Below are positions 48,407-56,702 of a stretch of DNA of 64,000 nucleotides, in pieces (positions within the stretch are counted from its first letter, which is position 1; each line of letters starts with the position of its first letter). Below the pieces are notes generated by a model that saw only the letters and a list, made by a program, of their open reading frames with translations, was not told where the DNA came from and did no database searches. The stretch lies in IMG/VR virus record IMGVR_UViG_3300025122_000008, positions 34,426 through 98,425 of that record. One strand, written 5' to 3'. Source of the stretch: a virus. The position numbers and the translations under genes were made by a program.

Positions 48407-49774
48407 ATGGCTAGAACATTCCACTACACAAGAGAAGATATTAGAAATCCGGAAGGTGCTAATAATTTATCTGCTTTGGCCATGTACTATCAGAGATCAC
48501 TTTATCGAGAGGTAATATACCCAGGTGTTGTAAGCCCTGTCCCAATTGATACGTGGTATGACAAAGGATTGTATGGGAAAGTAGATCGTTTTCAAAACAC
48601 CATTCTCCTTAAAAATGAAAAAATAGAGCCAGTTATGACCGTAAAAAAAGATAGGATATACGCGGCTGATAATGTTGTTGCCTCCTTTGAAGCTTTTTCT
48701 GGTCACATGGCACGTGCCAACTTCAACGGAAGACTGAATAACACAACGGATGGCAATCTTGCTGCGATTAGTGCTGCTGCCGGCTGGACATGCCCGAAGA
48801 AAGCGTATGCGGCGTATGTTGAAAATCTATTTCAGGGGTTTATGAGATACTATGTTGAGAAACGACATGATCAAATAGAAGGTTTTAAAACTTTTATACC
48901 AATAATAACTTCGTTTCTTAAAATGTCTGCTAACATTTTACCGGTAACCATGACAAATGTTATTCTTACAGATTTGGTGAGCCCAATGGTTTCTGGTCTT
49001 TCTATTAAGATAGCAGACTTCGACGCCGGCGATGATAAAATTAAATATGAAAAATTTATATCTAATCCGAACTTTGATTTTTATGTAAGTTCCGCAAAAA
49101 AATTTGGACTTATAGTCAATAAGTATATGCCATGGATTTTAACTGCTGATTTGTTCACCGAGGCGTCTTTGATGGCAATAGAAATTGGCTCTGAGGATAA
49201 GATTATGAAACTTTATGAGGAGAGGTTCCCTAATGACACCGTGCTGAACGAAGCGCGCTACGCCGGCCTCGTTCCTACCGAGGCTACGTTTTTCAGTGAC
49301 TATTACGATTTGGCCTGCCTAGAAGATATCCCCAATCTTAAGAAAATTTTTGTTAATTTTTATAACCGCTACATAGAGATTCAACCGCTCTTGGAGAAAA
49401 AAGTATTCAAGGGTCCAGCTTGTGGATATAAAACAAACGTCACGCTGCATGAGCGAGTTCCAACCAGTATGAGTGAATTAGATGCCCTCATGACGGATTT
49501 TGATTGGATTGATTTGTATATAAATTTACGAGAGATAGAATCTGAGGGGACTCCTCTCAAAACTAACTTTTTGCGCCGAATTGCTCGCGAGAAATATAAG
49601 ATTATTCCGCGAAAAAACCACACTCCCCTAGAAAATGCAGCATTATATGTCAATTCGGTTTACAGAAAGTATCTTTACAGCCAAAGTTATCTGACAAATT
49701 TATATTATTCCTTGACTAATGCCGGCCCCGGTGCTACTATGAGCATAGGAAATAACTATTCTGCCAATCAATAG
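48407..49774 (+). CDS. Hypothetical protein
   Basis: 455-aa ORF closing the tail/baseplate module. Confidence 0.6.
   Translation: MARTFHYTREDIRNPEGANNLSALAMYYQRSLYREVIYPGVVSPVPIDTWYDKGLYGKVDRFQNTILLKNEKIEPVMTVKKDRIYAADNVVASFEAFSGHMARANFNGRLNNTTDGNLAAISAAAGWTCPKKAYAAYVENLFQGFMRYYVEKRHDQIEGFKTFIPIITSFLKMSANILPVTMTNVILTDLVSPMVSGLSIKIADFDAGDDKIKYEKFISNPNFDFYVSSAKKFGLIVNKYMPWILTADLFTEASLMAIEIGSEDKIMKLYEERFPNDTVLNEARYAGLVPTEATFFSDYYDLACLEDIPNLKKIFVNFYNRYIEIQPLLEKKVFKGPACGYKTNVTLHERVPTSMSELDALMTDFDWIDLYINLREIESEGTPLKTNFLRRIAREKYKIIPRKNHTPLENAALYVNSVYRKYLYSQSYLTNLYYSLTNAGPGATMSIGNNYSANQ
49712..49740 (+). promoter_or_regulatory. sigma70-type promoter with extended -10
   Basis: TTGACT, 17 nt spacer, TG-C-TACTAT; upstream of the polymerase-like gene. 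Confidence 0.65.
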
Positions 49775-49783
49775 GGGGCCTTT

Positions 49784-50971
49784 TTGTATTTTCAAACGTT
49801 GGACAGCAAGGGCAAGTGTGTTGGATACTATGCTGATAATAAATTAATCTTTGACGAGGTACCACATAATGCGGCAAAAACATGGTGCTATTCTCCGTCC
49901 CTACAAAACCGTGATATAGAGTATGCTCGTATCTACGCTAGTGGTGCCACGCTTACGGAAGCATGCCCAGAGAGTTTTAGGCCAGAATGGGATGAAGTGG
50001 TGAAAAAGGCTGGAGCGTACTCCAAATCTTTTAATATAGCCAAACTAAATTTGAACGACGTGTGTATCTATGACCTGGTGCCAGAGTATTTTCTTTATAA
50101 ATTTTGTAAAGCAAAGGACCAGATAACTAAACACGTTATTGAGAACAACATAAAACCAAAAAATTATAATTTTATGGCCAGTCTTATACAAATGCTGTTC
50201 GACATTGGTTCACATCAAATGAATATTGATATAGAGCCGATTATGACAAAACTTGTATCAGTAAAGGGTAGAAATTTTATAAAAAAATTACAAGAAATTA
50301 ATTGGATTTGTCATTATAATCCTTTTGGCACCGTAACCGGGCGACTGACAACGATGCCCAATACATTTCCCATATTGACCCTCCCCAAAGAGTTTAGAAA
50401 TTGTCTTCATCCAACCAATGACTGGTTTTTAGAATTGGACTACAATGCGGCCGAGGTTCGTACTCTCTTGGGGCTCTCCGGGGTGGAACAACCAAGCGGC
50501 GACATTCACGAGTGGAATATTGAACATATTTATAATAATAAAATTTCACGACCGGCGGCCAAACAAAAGATTTTTGAGTGGCTATACTCCGCGCGCCCAA
50601 ATAAGCGCGCTGAGCAGTACTATAATAAAAAGCTGGTTAAAGAAAAATACTGGGACGGTTATAATGTAACTACCGAATTTGATCGGTGTATAAAAAATGT
50701 TGACGATCATCATGCTTTGAACTATATTGTTCAAAGTACAACCAGCGACTTAGTGCTTTCTAGAGCAATTAAAATTCATAATTTTTTGAAGAATAGAGGC
50801 AGTCGAATTGCTTTTATGCTGCATGATTCTATTATAGTAGATTTAAAACATGATGAAAGACACATGATACCAGAATTGATGAGTATGTTCGGTGACACTG
50901 ACTTTGGGGAGTATAAAGTTAACGTAGCATTGGGCAAAAGTTTTGGAAATATAAAAAAATTGAATTTATGA
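49784..50971 (+). CDS. Short family-A DNA polymerase-like protein
   Basis: GTVTGRLT, motif A LELDYNAAEVR, DIH, motif B RPAAKQKIFEWLY, ALNYIVQSTTSD, motif C LHDSIIVD; TTG start; 395 aa. Confidence 0.8.
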   Translation: MYFQTLDSKGKCVGYYADNKLIFDEVPHNAAKTWCYSPSLQNRDIEYARIYASGATLTEACPESFRPEWDEVVKKAGAYSKSFNIAKLNLNDVCIYDLVPEYFLYKFCKAKDQITKHVIENNIKPKNYNFMASLIQMLFDIGSHQMNIDIEPIMTKLVSVKGRNFIKKLQEINWICHYNPFGTVTGRLTTMPNTFPILTLPKEFRNCLHPTNDWFLELDYNAAEVRTLLGLSGVEQPSGDIHEWNIEHIYNNKISRPAAKQKIFEWLYSARPNKRAEQYYNKKLVKEKYWDGYNVTTEFDRCIKNVDDHHALNYIVQSTTSDLVLSRAIKIHNFLKNRGSRIAFMLHDSIIVDLKHDERHMIPELMSMFGDTDFGEYKVNVALGKSFGNIKKLNL

Positions 50972-50990
50972 TGTATCGGAAAGAAGAATA

Positions 50991-51848
50991 ATGAATATAA
51001 TGGGCCTGGGTCGTGCAGGGTGTGCGGTCGTAGATTGTTTTTCTAAATTCTCTCAATATGAGGTGTATAAATTTGATAATGACCTAGAGGGCGATCGATG
51101 TTTTAACATCCCCAAACAAAATTCTCATGAAGATTATGAAAAAAATTTTCCAAACTTTAAGAAAGACTTACAAGAAATAGAGGGAGACGTCATATTCGTA
51201 TTATGCGGCGCCGGCATGATTACTGGCTGTGTACTTTCACTTCTACAACAATTGATGCCCCGCCCAATAACCATACTTTATATTGAACCGGATTTGGAGC
51301 TTTTGAGCGAAACGGAAACCATGCAAGAGCAAATTGTAAAAAACGTTTTGCAGGAGTACGCACGTTCTGGTATGTTTGAAATGATGTATCTCGTTTCTAA
51401 TTCGAAAATTGAAAAAAGCGTAGGAGAGATTCCAATAATTAGCTATTATGATACTATAAATCAAGCGATAGTAAACACCATGCACATGATAAATGTGTTT
51501 AAAAATTCGGAACCCATTCTGGGCACTTTTACCGAGCCCCATGAAATTGCAAGGATATCTACTTTCGGTGTTTTAGATATAGAAGAAAATGAAGAAAAAT
51601 GGTTTTATGACTTGCAAGTTCCGAGAGATGTGGTATACTATTATGGAATCAATGATGAAGACTTGAAGACCGATGGGGCTTTGTTCGGAAAAATAAAGTC
51701 CTACGTAAAGGAAAAGGTCGAGGAAAAAGTTAACATATCATATGGGGTATACAGAACAAACTACGAAAAAAAATATTGTTATTGCATTAAATATAGTTCT
51801 GTGGTACAATCATATATAAGTGAAATAGACGATCAGGATATTGGCTGA
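50991..51848 (+). CDS. Divergent tubulin/FtsZ-fold protein
   Basis: N-terminal IMGLGRAGCAVVD, degenerate T4 loop LCGAGMITG, YIEPD, LVSNSKI, YDTINQAI. Confidence 0.6.
   Translation: MNIMGLGRAGCAVVDCFSKFSQYEVYKFDNDLEGDRCFNIPKQNSHEDYEKNFPNFKKDLQEIEGDVIFVLCGAGMITGCVLSLLQQLMPRPITILYIEPDLELLSETETMQEQIVKNVLQEYARSGMFEMMYLVSNSKIEKSVGEIPIISYYDTINQAIVNTMHMINVFKNSEPILGTFTEPHEIARISTFGVLDIEENEEKWFYDLQVPRDVVYYYGINDEDLKTDGALFGKIKSYVKEKVEEKVNISYGVYRTNYEKKYCYCIKYSSVVQSYISEIDDQDIG
51782..51810 (+). promoter_or_regulatory. sigma70-type promoter for the SSB gene
   Basis: TTGCAT, 17 nt spacer, TG-G-TACAAT. Confidence 0.55.
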
Positions 51849-51882
51849 TCGTACTCTAGCCTAACAACAAGGAGAAAATATT

Positions 51883-52677
51883 ATGGCTATTAATTTAGAT
51901 AAAATGCGAGAGAAGCTCGCAACTGTTCGTGGTGAAAACCGCGATAAAGACAACTTTTGGCGCCCAGATGATGGCGATCAGGACATTCGGATTGTTCCGA
52001 CTGCTGACGGCGATCCCTTTAAGGAGAAGTGGTTCCATTATAACCTGGGAAATACCCCCGGATTTTTATGTCCTAAGCGTAATTATGGGGAAGAATGCCC
52101 CGTGTGCGAATTCGCCTCTCAACTGTGGCGCGACGGCGTAGAAAACAATGACGATGGCAGTAAGAAGGTGGCAAAGAGCCTTTTTGTACGTCCTCGTTTC
52201 TTCTCGCCGGTTATGGTTCGCGGAGAAGAGGACAGGGGAGTAAGGATCTGGGGCTATGGTAAGATGGCATATGAAAACCTTCTTAGCCTCGTTTTGAATC
52301 CGGAATATGGTGACATTACTGACGCCGAAACAGGAACGGACTTAACCCTTACTTATGGCAAACCTCCCGGCGCCTCGTTCCCGCAGACGAAGCTTGTTCC
52401 TCGTCGTCGAAGCTCGGAACTTTGTGAAGATATGACGCCAGAACGTTGTGTGGAATTGCTAGAAAGTATTCCGGATTTTGATGGTTTGTTTGAGCGAAAG
52501 ACGACCGAAGAAGTCGCAACGTTGCTTGATACCTTCATGAATTCGGACCTAATTGATGTGGAGGCTGTTTCCTCTGAGACTGAAAAGTTTGGTACTAAGA
52601 CTACCACAACTGACACCACAGAGGCCACTGCTCCAAATGCTGTCGACGCGGCATTTGCGGAATTGGGCGCGCTGTAG
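51883..52677 (+). CDS. Single-stranded DNA-binding protein (T4 gp32-like)
   Basis: FWRP, IRIVP, FHY...CPKRNYGEECPVCE Zn site, IWGYGK, DITDAETGTDL, acidic tail ending AFAELGAL; SD AAGGAG. Confidence 0.85.
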   Translation: MAINLDKMREKLATVRGENRDKDNFWRPDDGDQDIRIVPTADGDPFKEKWFHYNLGNTPGFLCPKRNYGEECPVCEFASQLWRDGVENNDDGSKKVAKSLFVRPRFFSPVMVRGEEDRGVRIWGYGKMAYENLLSLVLNPEYGDITDAETGTDLTLTYGKPPGASFPQTKLVPRRRSSELCEDMTPERCVELLESIPDFDGLFERKTTEEVATLLDTFMNSDLIDVEAVSSETEKFGTKTTTTDTTEATAPNAVDAAFAELGAL

Positions 52678-52744
52678 CGTAGTTTTCCAATCCCCACAGG
52701 GAGGCACAGGGTTATCAGGTGTCTCAAAAAATAAAAAATATAGG

Positions 52745-52773
52745 TTGACATACGCGCCCTTAACGGGTATGAT
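52745..52773 (+). promoter_or_regulatory. Strong sigma70-type promoter
   Basis: TTGACA, 17 nt spacer, TATGAT, with an A-rich UP-like tract upstream (52726-52740). Confidence 0.8.
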
Positions 52774-52802
52774 TAAGATATAACCGATTGGAACCCCCCA
52801 CA

Positions 52803-54404
52803 ATGAGTGATAAATCTATGGACACCACCCCCGATGTAGAAAAATTGTTTGATATGATTTTTCCCTCCCTCGGATACACCTCTGAGTATGCTATAGGAGA
52901 TGTTTTTGACAACTCAGCGGATGCTGGCGCTGCCGAGATAGTATTGACTATCGTAGAGGCCGCTGAGACCGCCCAGATCGATAGCCTGGTGTTTGCAGAC
53001 AACGGGAAGGGCATGGGCCAGGAGATCCTCCAACAAGCATGCCGTTTCGCTGGTACGGCCGAGCACTCGCCTGAGGATTTAGGCAAGTATGGAATGGGCG
53101 GAACAGCAGCTTCATTTTTTCTAGCCAAAACGAAGTGCATTCTTACTAAGACAACAGATGGAGAGCTGCTCGGAGCGCAGGTAGATATCAATAACCGCAG
53201 CGCTCTCACTTTTCAGAATATTGCAGAGTTTATTAATATTAGCGAAGACTGTGAAAAGATATTTTATAAGTTTTTGCCGGGCGGGGAAGACCAAGAATCC
53301 GGTACGGTGATTTATCTGACGAATATCCGTAACGAGCGGCTAGAGGTTGAGACCGCCGTCCTTATGAAGAATCGTCTTGTAAAATTTTTGAGCGAAAGCT
53401 TTCGGCCCCTTATCGATGCGGGTATGAAGATTATCATTGAAGTACTTAAGAAAGGGGGGAAAGGCCTTAAGACGTCAGATGTCGTTGGAGGGTACGATCC
53501 CCTTTATCGTGATCATCCAGACTGCGTAGTCGAAAGCGGGTCGGAAGAAGTTGAATTCAAAGACTCTTCCATCGCTTTTAATTATTCTCTTTTGAAGCCT
53601 CGGGAATGTTCCCGGGTTGATAGAGAACGCGGCCGCCGTAATAAAGGGGGCGATGAGAGCAAGGCCATGGTGCTGGGGACTGGAGGTTATTTAATTCGCG
53701 GGCGCCGTCAAATTGTTGGCGCCTCCACTCTTTCGGGATTGTGGGGTCGAGATCCTCAGCTGTGCAACGCACGATTTGAGGTGATTTTTACTAGCGAACT
53801 AGATGATCATTTTGGTGCGACTGCACAAAAAAATAAAACCAACCTAAGTGCCGAGTTGAAAGCGGTCCTGAGACCAGTTGTCCAGAAGCTTAAGCGTCGT
53901 ACGCGATTGCGCTGGAGCACTCCTTCCAAGAAGAACACTCAGAAGGTTGCAGCTGTTGAAGCTCGCGAAATCAAAAAGATTGTAGATCCTAAAAACGCTG
54001 GGAGCATAGGAATTCCGAAGAGAAAACCTACTCCAAATCCTGCTGGAGGCCGCGGGCCCGATAAGGGCAAACGCTCGGCTAAGAAAAACTCCGGCACTGG
54101 CACCAACAAGCCCTATAAGAAAATACTTACGCGCCATGTTAGTGCTCCGATGCCGGGTTCTCACCCCTGGTGGTATGACTTCGATAATAATGGAGAAATA
54201 GTTATTTGTATTAATGACGCACATCCGTATATTAAAGAATTTTATACACGAGCCAGTGATGAAACTCAAACGGCGCTGCTAAGAAACTGGTTCGCTGGTT
54301 CGCTGGCAGAGCATAAATTTTATGAAACTGAGACAGCTGATCATCTTAGCTCGTATAAGAATGAATATGCTAACAGTTTGATGGCCATTTGCGTGGCCAA
54401 GTAA
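52803..54404 (+). CDS. GHKL (MORC/HATPase_c_3-like) ATPase
   Basis: AIGDVFDNSADA (N box), DNGKGM (G1), GKYGMG (G2), SGTVIYL; S5-like domain with TAQKN; C-terminal INDAHPY. Confidence 0.85.
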   Translation: MSDKSMDTTPDVEKLFDMIFPSLGYTSEYAIGDVFDNSADAGAAEIVLTIVEAAETAQIDSLVFADNGKGMGQEILQQACRFAGTAEHSPEDLGKYGMGGTAASFFLAKTKCILTKTTDGELLGAQVDINNRSALTFQNIAEFINISEDCEKIFYKFLPGGEDQESGTVIYLTNIRNERLEVETAVLMKNRLVKFLSESFRPLIDAGMKIIIEVLKKGGKGLKTSDVVGGYDPLYRDHPDCVVESGSEEVEFKDSSIAFNYSLLKPRECSRVDRERGRRNKGGDESKAMVLGTGGYLIRGRRQIVGASTLSGLWGRDPQLCNARFEVIFTSELDDHFGATAQKNKTNLSAELKAVLRPVVQKLKRRTRLRWSTPSKKNTQKVAAVEAREIKKIVDPKNAGSIGIPKRKPTPNPAGGRGPDKGKRSAKKNSGTGTNKPYKKILTRHVSAPMPGSHPWWYDFDNNGEIVICINDAHPYIKEFYTRASDETQTALLRNWFAGSLAEHKFYETETADHLSSYKNEYANSLMAICVAK

Positions 54405-54414
54405 GGAGAAGAAC

Positions 54415-54540
54415 GTGGAATTATTACCCGCATTTGCATTTTTTCTGGGGGCCGGCTATCTTGTTTATCGCTTGGCGCGCCTGGACGCTCAGATTGAACA
54501 CTTGAAGAAAAGAATAGAGGATCTTAATGGCTCGGAGTAA
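54415..54540 (+). CDS. Small single-TM coiled-coil protein (41 aa)
   Basis: GTG after SD AAGGAG; MELLPAFAFFLGAGYLVYRLARLDAQIEHLKKRIEDLNGSE; overlaps the recA start; not in the ORF track. Confidence 0.55.
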   Translation: MELLPAFAFFLGAGYLVYRLARLDAQIEHLKKRIEDLNGSE

Positions 54541-55642
54541 ATCAACCGCCGGAAAGGTTTCCATAGGAGACCTTCGAACTCTTATTAACAAAACCTCTGG
54601 CATGGAGGTGGCCTATAATCTTAATGATGAAAACCCCACCGAAGTAAAGGAGTGGATTCCTACCGGGTCACGATGGCTTAATAGCATTATTCGTCGAGGA
54701 CAATTGGCCGGAATTCCAATTGGAAAAATCTCAGAAATTGCTGGCCTAGAGGCAACAGGCAAATCATTTATGGCAGCACAAATAGCCGGGAATGCGCAGA
54801 AGATGGGCATGGCCGTGGTGTATATGGATGCAGAGTCGGCTATCGACCCCTCGTTCTTAGAACGCGCAGGCTGTGATCTAGATGAACTTATCTATGTTCA
54901 GGTCCAATCTGTTGAGCAAGTACTTGAAACTATTGAGAGTATTCTTAATAGCGGAGCGGAGAGAACCTTGTTTATCTGGGATTCACTCGCCCTTACACCG
55001 TCCATTTCTGATGTAGAGGGCGATTTCAACCCTCAATCATCCATGGCAGTGAAGGCTCGCATTCTTGCGAAAGGAATGTCAAAGCTTACTATCCCCATAG
55101 CGAACAGTCAATCTAGCTTTCTTGTATTAAACCAGCTTAAAACAAATATTACTCGGTTTCCAGCCGAGGCTATGACAACTCCGTATGTCACTCCGGGCGG
55201 GAAGGCAATGATTTATGCCTATTCACTCAGAATCTGGCTCACGGGTCGCAAGGCTAAGGCAAGTTTTGTACTTGACGACAACGGTTTCCGTATCGGATCC
55301 GAGGTTAAGGTGAAGCTGGAGAAGTCTCGATTCGGAACGCAGGGACGTAATTGTGCCTTTAAGATTCTATGGGGTGAAGAGGTTGGAATTCAGGATGAAG
55401 AGTCTTGGTTCGAAGCCATCAAGGGCTCCGAAAGGATTAAGAGGGCAGGCGCTTGGTATTCTCTCGTATATGAAGATGGCACTGAAGAAAAGTTCATGGG
55501 CTCTCATTGGGTAGGTAAACTTCAAGATGAAAAGTTCCGAAATCGCGTATTAGAGATCATGGATGAAGAAATTATCATGAAGTTTGATAAGCGCATCGGA
55601 GAAGCGGAAGAATTTTATACGCTGGATGGAGAAGAAGAATAA
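54527..55642 (+). CDS. recA: RecA/UvsX-like recombinase
   Basis: IPTGS, GIPIGKISEIAGLEATGKS, DAESA, IWDS, LNQL, TPGGKA, VKLEKSR, GAWY. Confidence 0.93.
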   Translation: MARSKSTAGKVSIGDLRTLINKTSGMEVAYNLNDENPTEVKEWIPTGSRWLNSIIRRGQLAGIPIGKISEIAGLEATGKSFMAAQIAGNAQKMGMAVVYMDAESAIDPSFLERAGCDLDELIYVQVQSVEQVLETIESILNSGAERTLFIWDSLALTPSISDVEGDFNPQSSMAVKARILAKGMSKLTIPIANSQSSFLVLNQLKTNITRFPAEAMTTPYVTPGGKAMIYAYSLRIWLTGRKAKASFVLDDNGFRIGSEVKVKLEKSRFGTQGRNCAFKILWGEEVGIQDEESWFEAIKGSERIKRAGAWYSLVYEDGTEEKFMGSHWVGKLQDEKFRNRVLEIMDEEIIMKFDKRIGEAEEFYTLDGEEE

Positions 55643-55647
55643 CCGAG

Positions 55648-55657
55648 ACTATTTATA
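55648..55657 (+). promoter_or_regulatory. Putative late promoter box ACTATTTATA inside the replication module
   Basis: Matches the structural-gene box; followed by SD GGAG. Confidence 0.6.
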
Positions 55658-55670
55658 GTGGAGTACCCCT

Positions 55671-56630
55671 ATGAAACTTGTAATGGAAAACTGGCGTAGA
55701 TACTTGAATGAACAAGACGAACCTATGTCAATGAAAAATCTTCTGGGTGCCAAGTACACACAGTTTGTTCAATGGCTCGGGAACAATATCCAAGACCCAA
55801 AAACGCAGGCTCTTATTGGCGCTGGCTTAGAGGATGGCGATCCGAGCGATGATAAATTTGGATTTGAAAATGTTGCGATTCCTGTTGCAAAACTCAAACC
55901 CACTCAAAATGAGATTGATATTAATAAATCTTTGGCCTATCCACTCGTTAAGGACCCGGCCCAATTTATAGAAAAAGTTGCAAGCAATGGTCCATTTACA
56001 GTAGTCGAACGAATTGTGACTTTTAACGGGCAATATGTTATCGACGGCCACCATCGATGGTCAACAGTATATGCTTGCAATAAAAATGCATCAATTGAGG
56101 CAGTAAACATAACAATTGCGGACGTCGACCCCCTTGATGCCCTAAAGGCCGTCCAAATGGCCATCGGACTTCAGGCAAAGAAAATTCCCATCCAAAGTGT
56201 GGAGGGGTCAAATTTGTTGGACATAGATGAAACGCAACTTAAACAGTGGATCATGAAAAATGTTCCTATAAAAACATCACAAACAATATGGAAGGCCGGT
56301 AAAGGATTTATTGAAAAACTCAAACAAGAAGGTGGCACCGCTCAAAGTCACCCATCGGGCAAAGAATCACCACACGGCGCGCAGGATTCTGAAATAACCG
56401 AACGGCTGTTATCTGAAATTTCACAAAATAGATTTCACAAAATGGTGGTTACACAAATCTTGCCGGCATATATCTGGTCAAATGTAGCCTCAATGCGACA
56501 AACTTCACAACCCGTCCCCGGCGCCGGCTCGCGCGACTTTATGCCCCAGACTGGTGGCATTGCATGGAAAGAGCCACTTGCGCAGGGGCAAGTTGACGTT
56601 AAACCGCCGTTCGCCAAGGTAGCTGAATAA
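55671..56630 (+). CDS. ParB/Srx-fold protein with MKLVMENWRRYLNE leader
   Basis: LKPTQNEID...YVIDGHHRW ParB-N-like motif; leader shared with 20965-21384. Confidence 0.7.
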   Translation: MKLVMENWRRYLNEQDEPMSMKNLLGAKYTQFVQWLGNNIQDPKTQALIGAGLEDGDPSDDKFGFENVAIPVAKLKPTQNEIDINKSLAYPLVKDPAQFIEKVASNGPFTVVERIVTFNGQYVIDGHHRWSTVYACNKNASIEAVNITIADVDPLDALKAVQMAIGLQAKKIPIQSVEGSNLLDIDETQLKQWIMKNVPIKTSQTIWKAGKGFIEKLKQEGGTAQSHPSGKESPHGAQDSEITERLLSEISQNRFHKMVVTQILPAYIWSNVASMRQTSQPVPGAGSRDFMPQTGGIAWKEPLAQGQVDVKPPFAKVAE

Positions 56631-56645
56631 ACTCTAACTAAACCC

Positions 56646-56674
56646 TTGACACCGAAGCTCCTATAGGTTATACT
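56646..56674 (+). promoter_or_regulatory. sigma70-type promoter
   Basis: TTGACA (56646-56651), 17 nt spacer, TATACT (56669-56674). Confidence 0.75.
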
Positions 56675-56687
56675 TATAGGAGCTTTT
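56655..56687 (+). terminator. 13-bp inverted repeat (terminator-like) overlapping the promoter
   Basis: AAGCTCCTATAGG-TTATA-CTTATAGGAGCTT-TT. Confidence 0.65.
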
Positions 56688-56702
56688 ACTATTGGAGTTC
56701 AG

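Noticed and set aside
50991-51848. Evidence for a nucleus-forming (chimallin) phage
   Set aside because: A tubulin-like gene alone is insufficient; the head and tail genes are T4-like, and no chimallin or multisubunit RNA polymerase is seen here.
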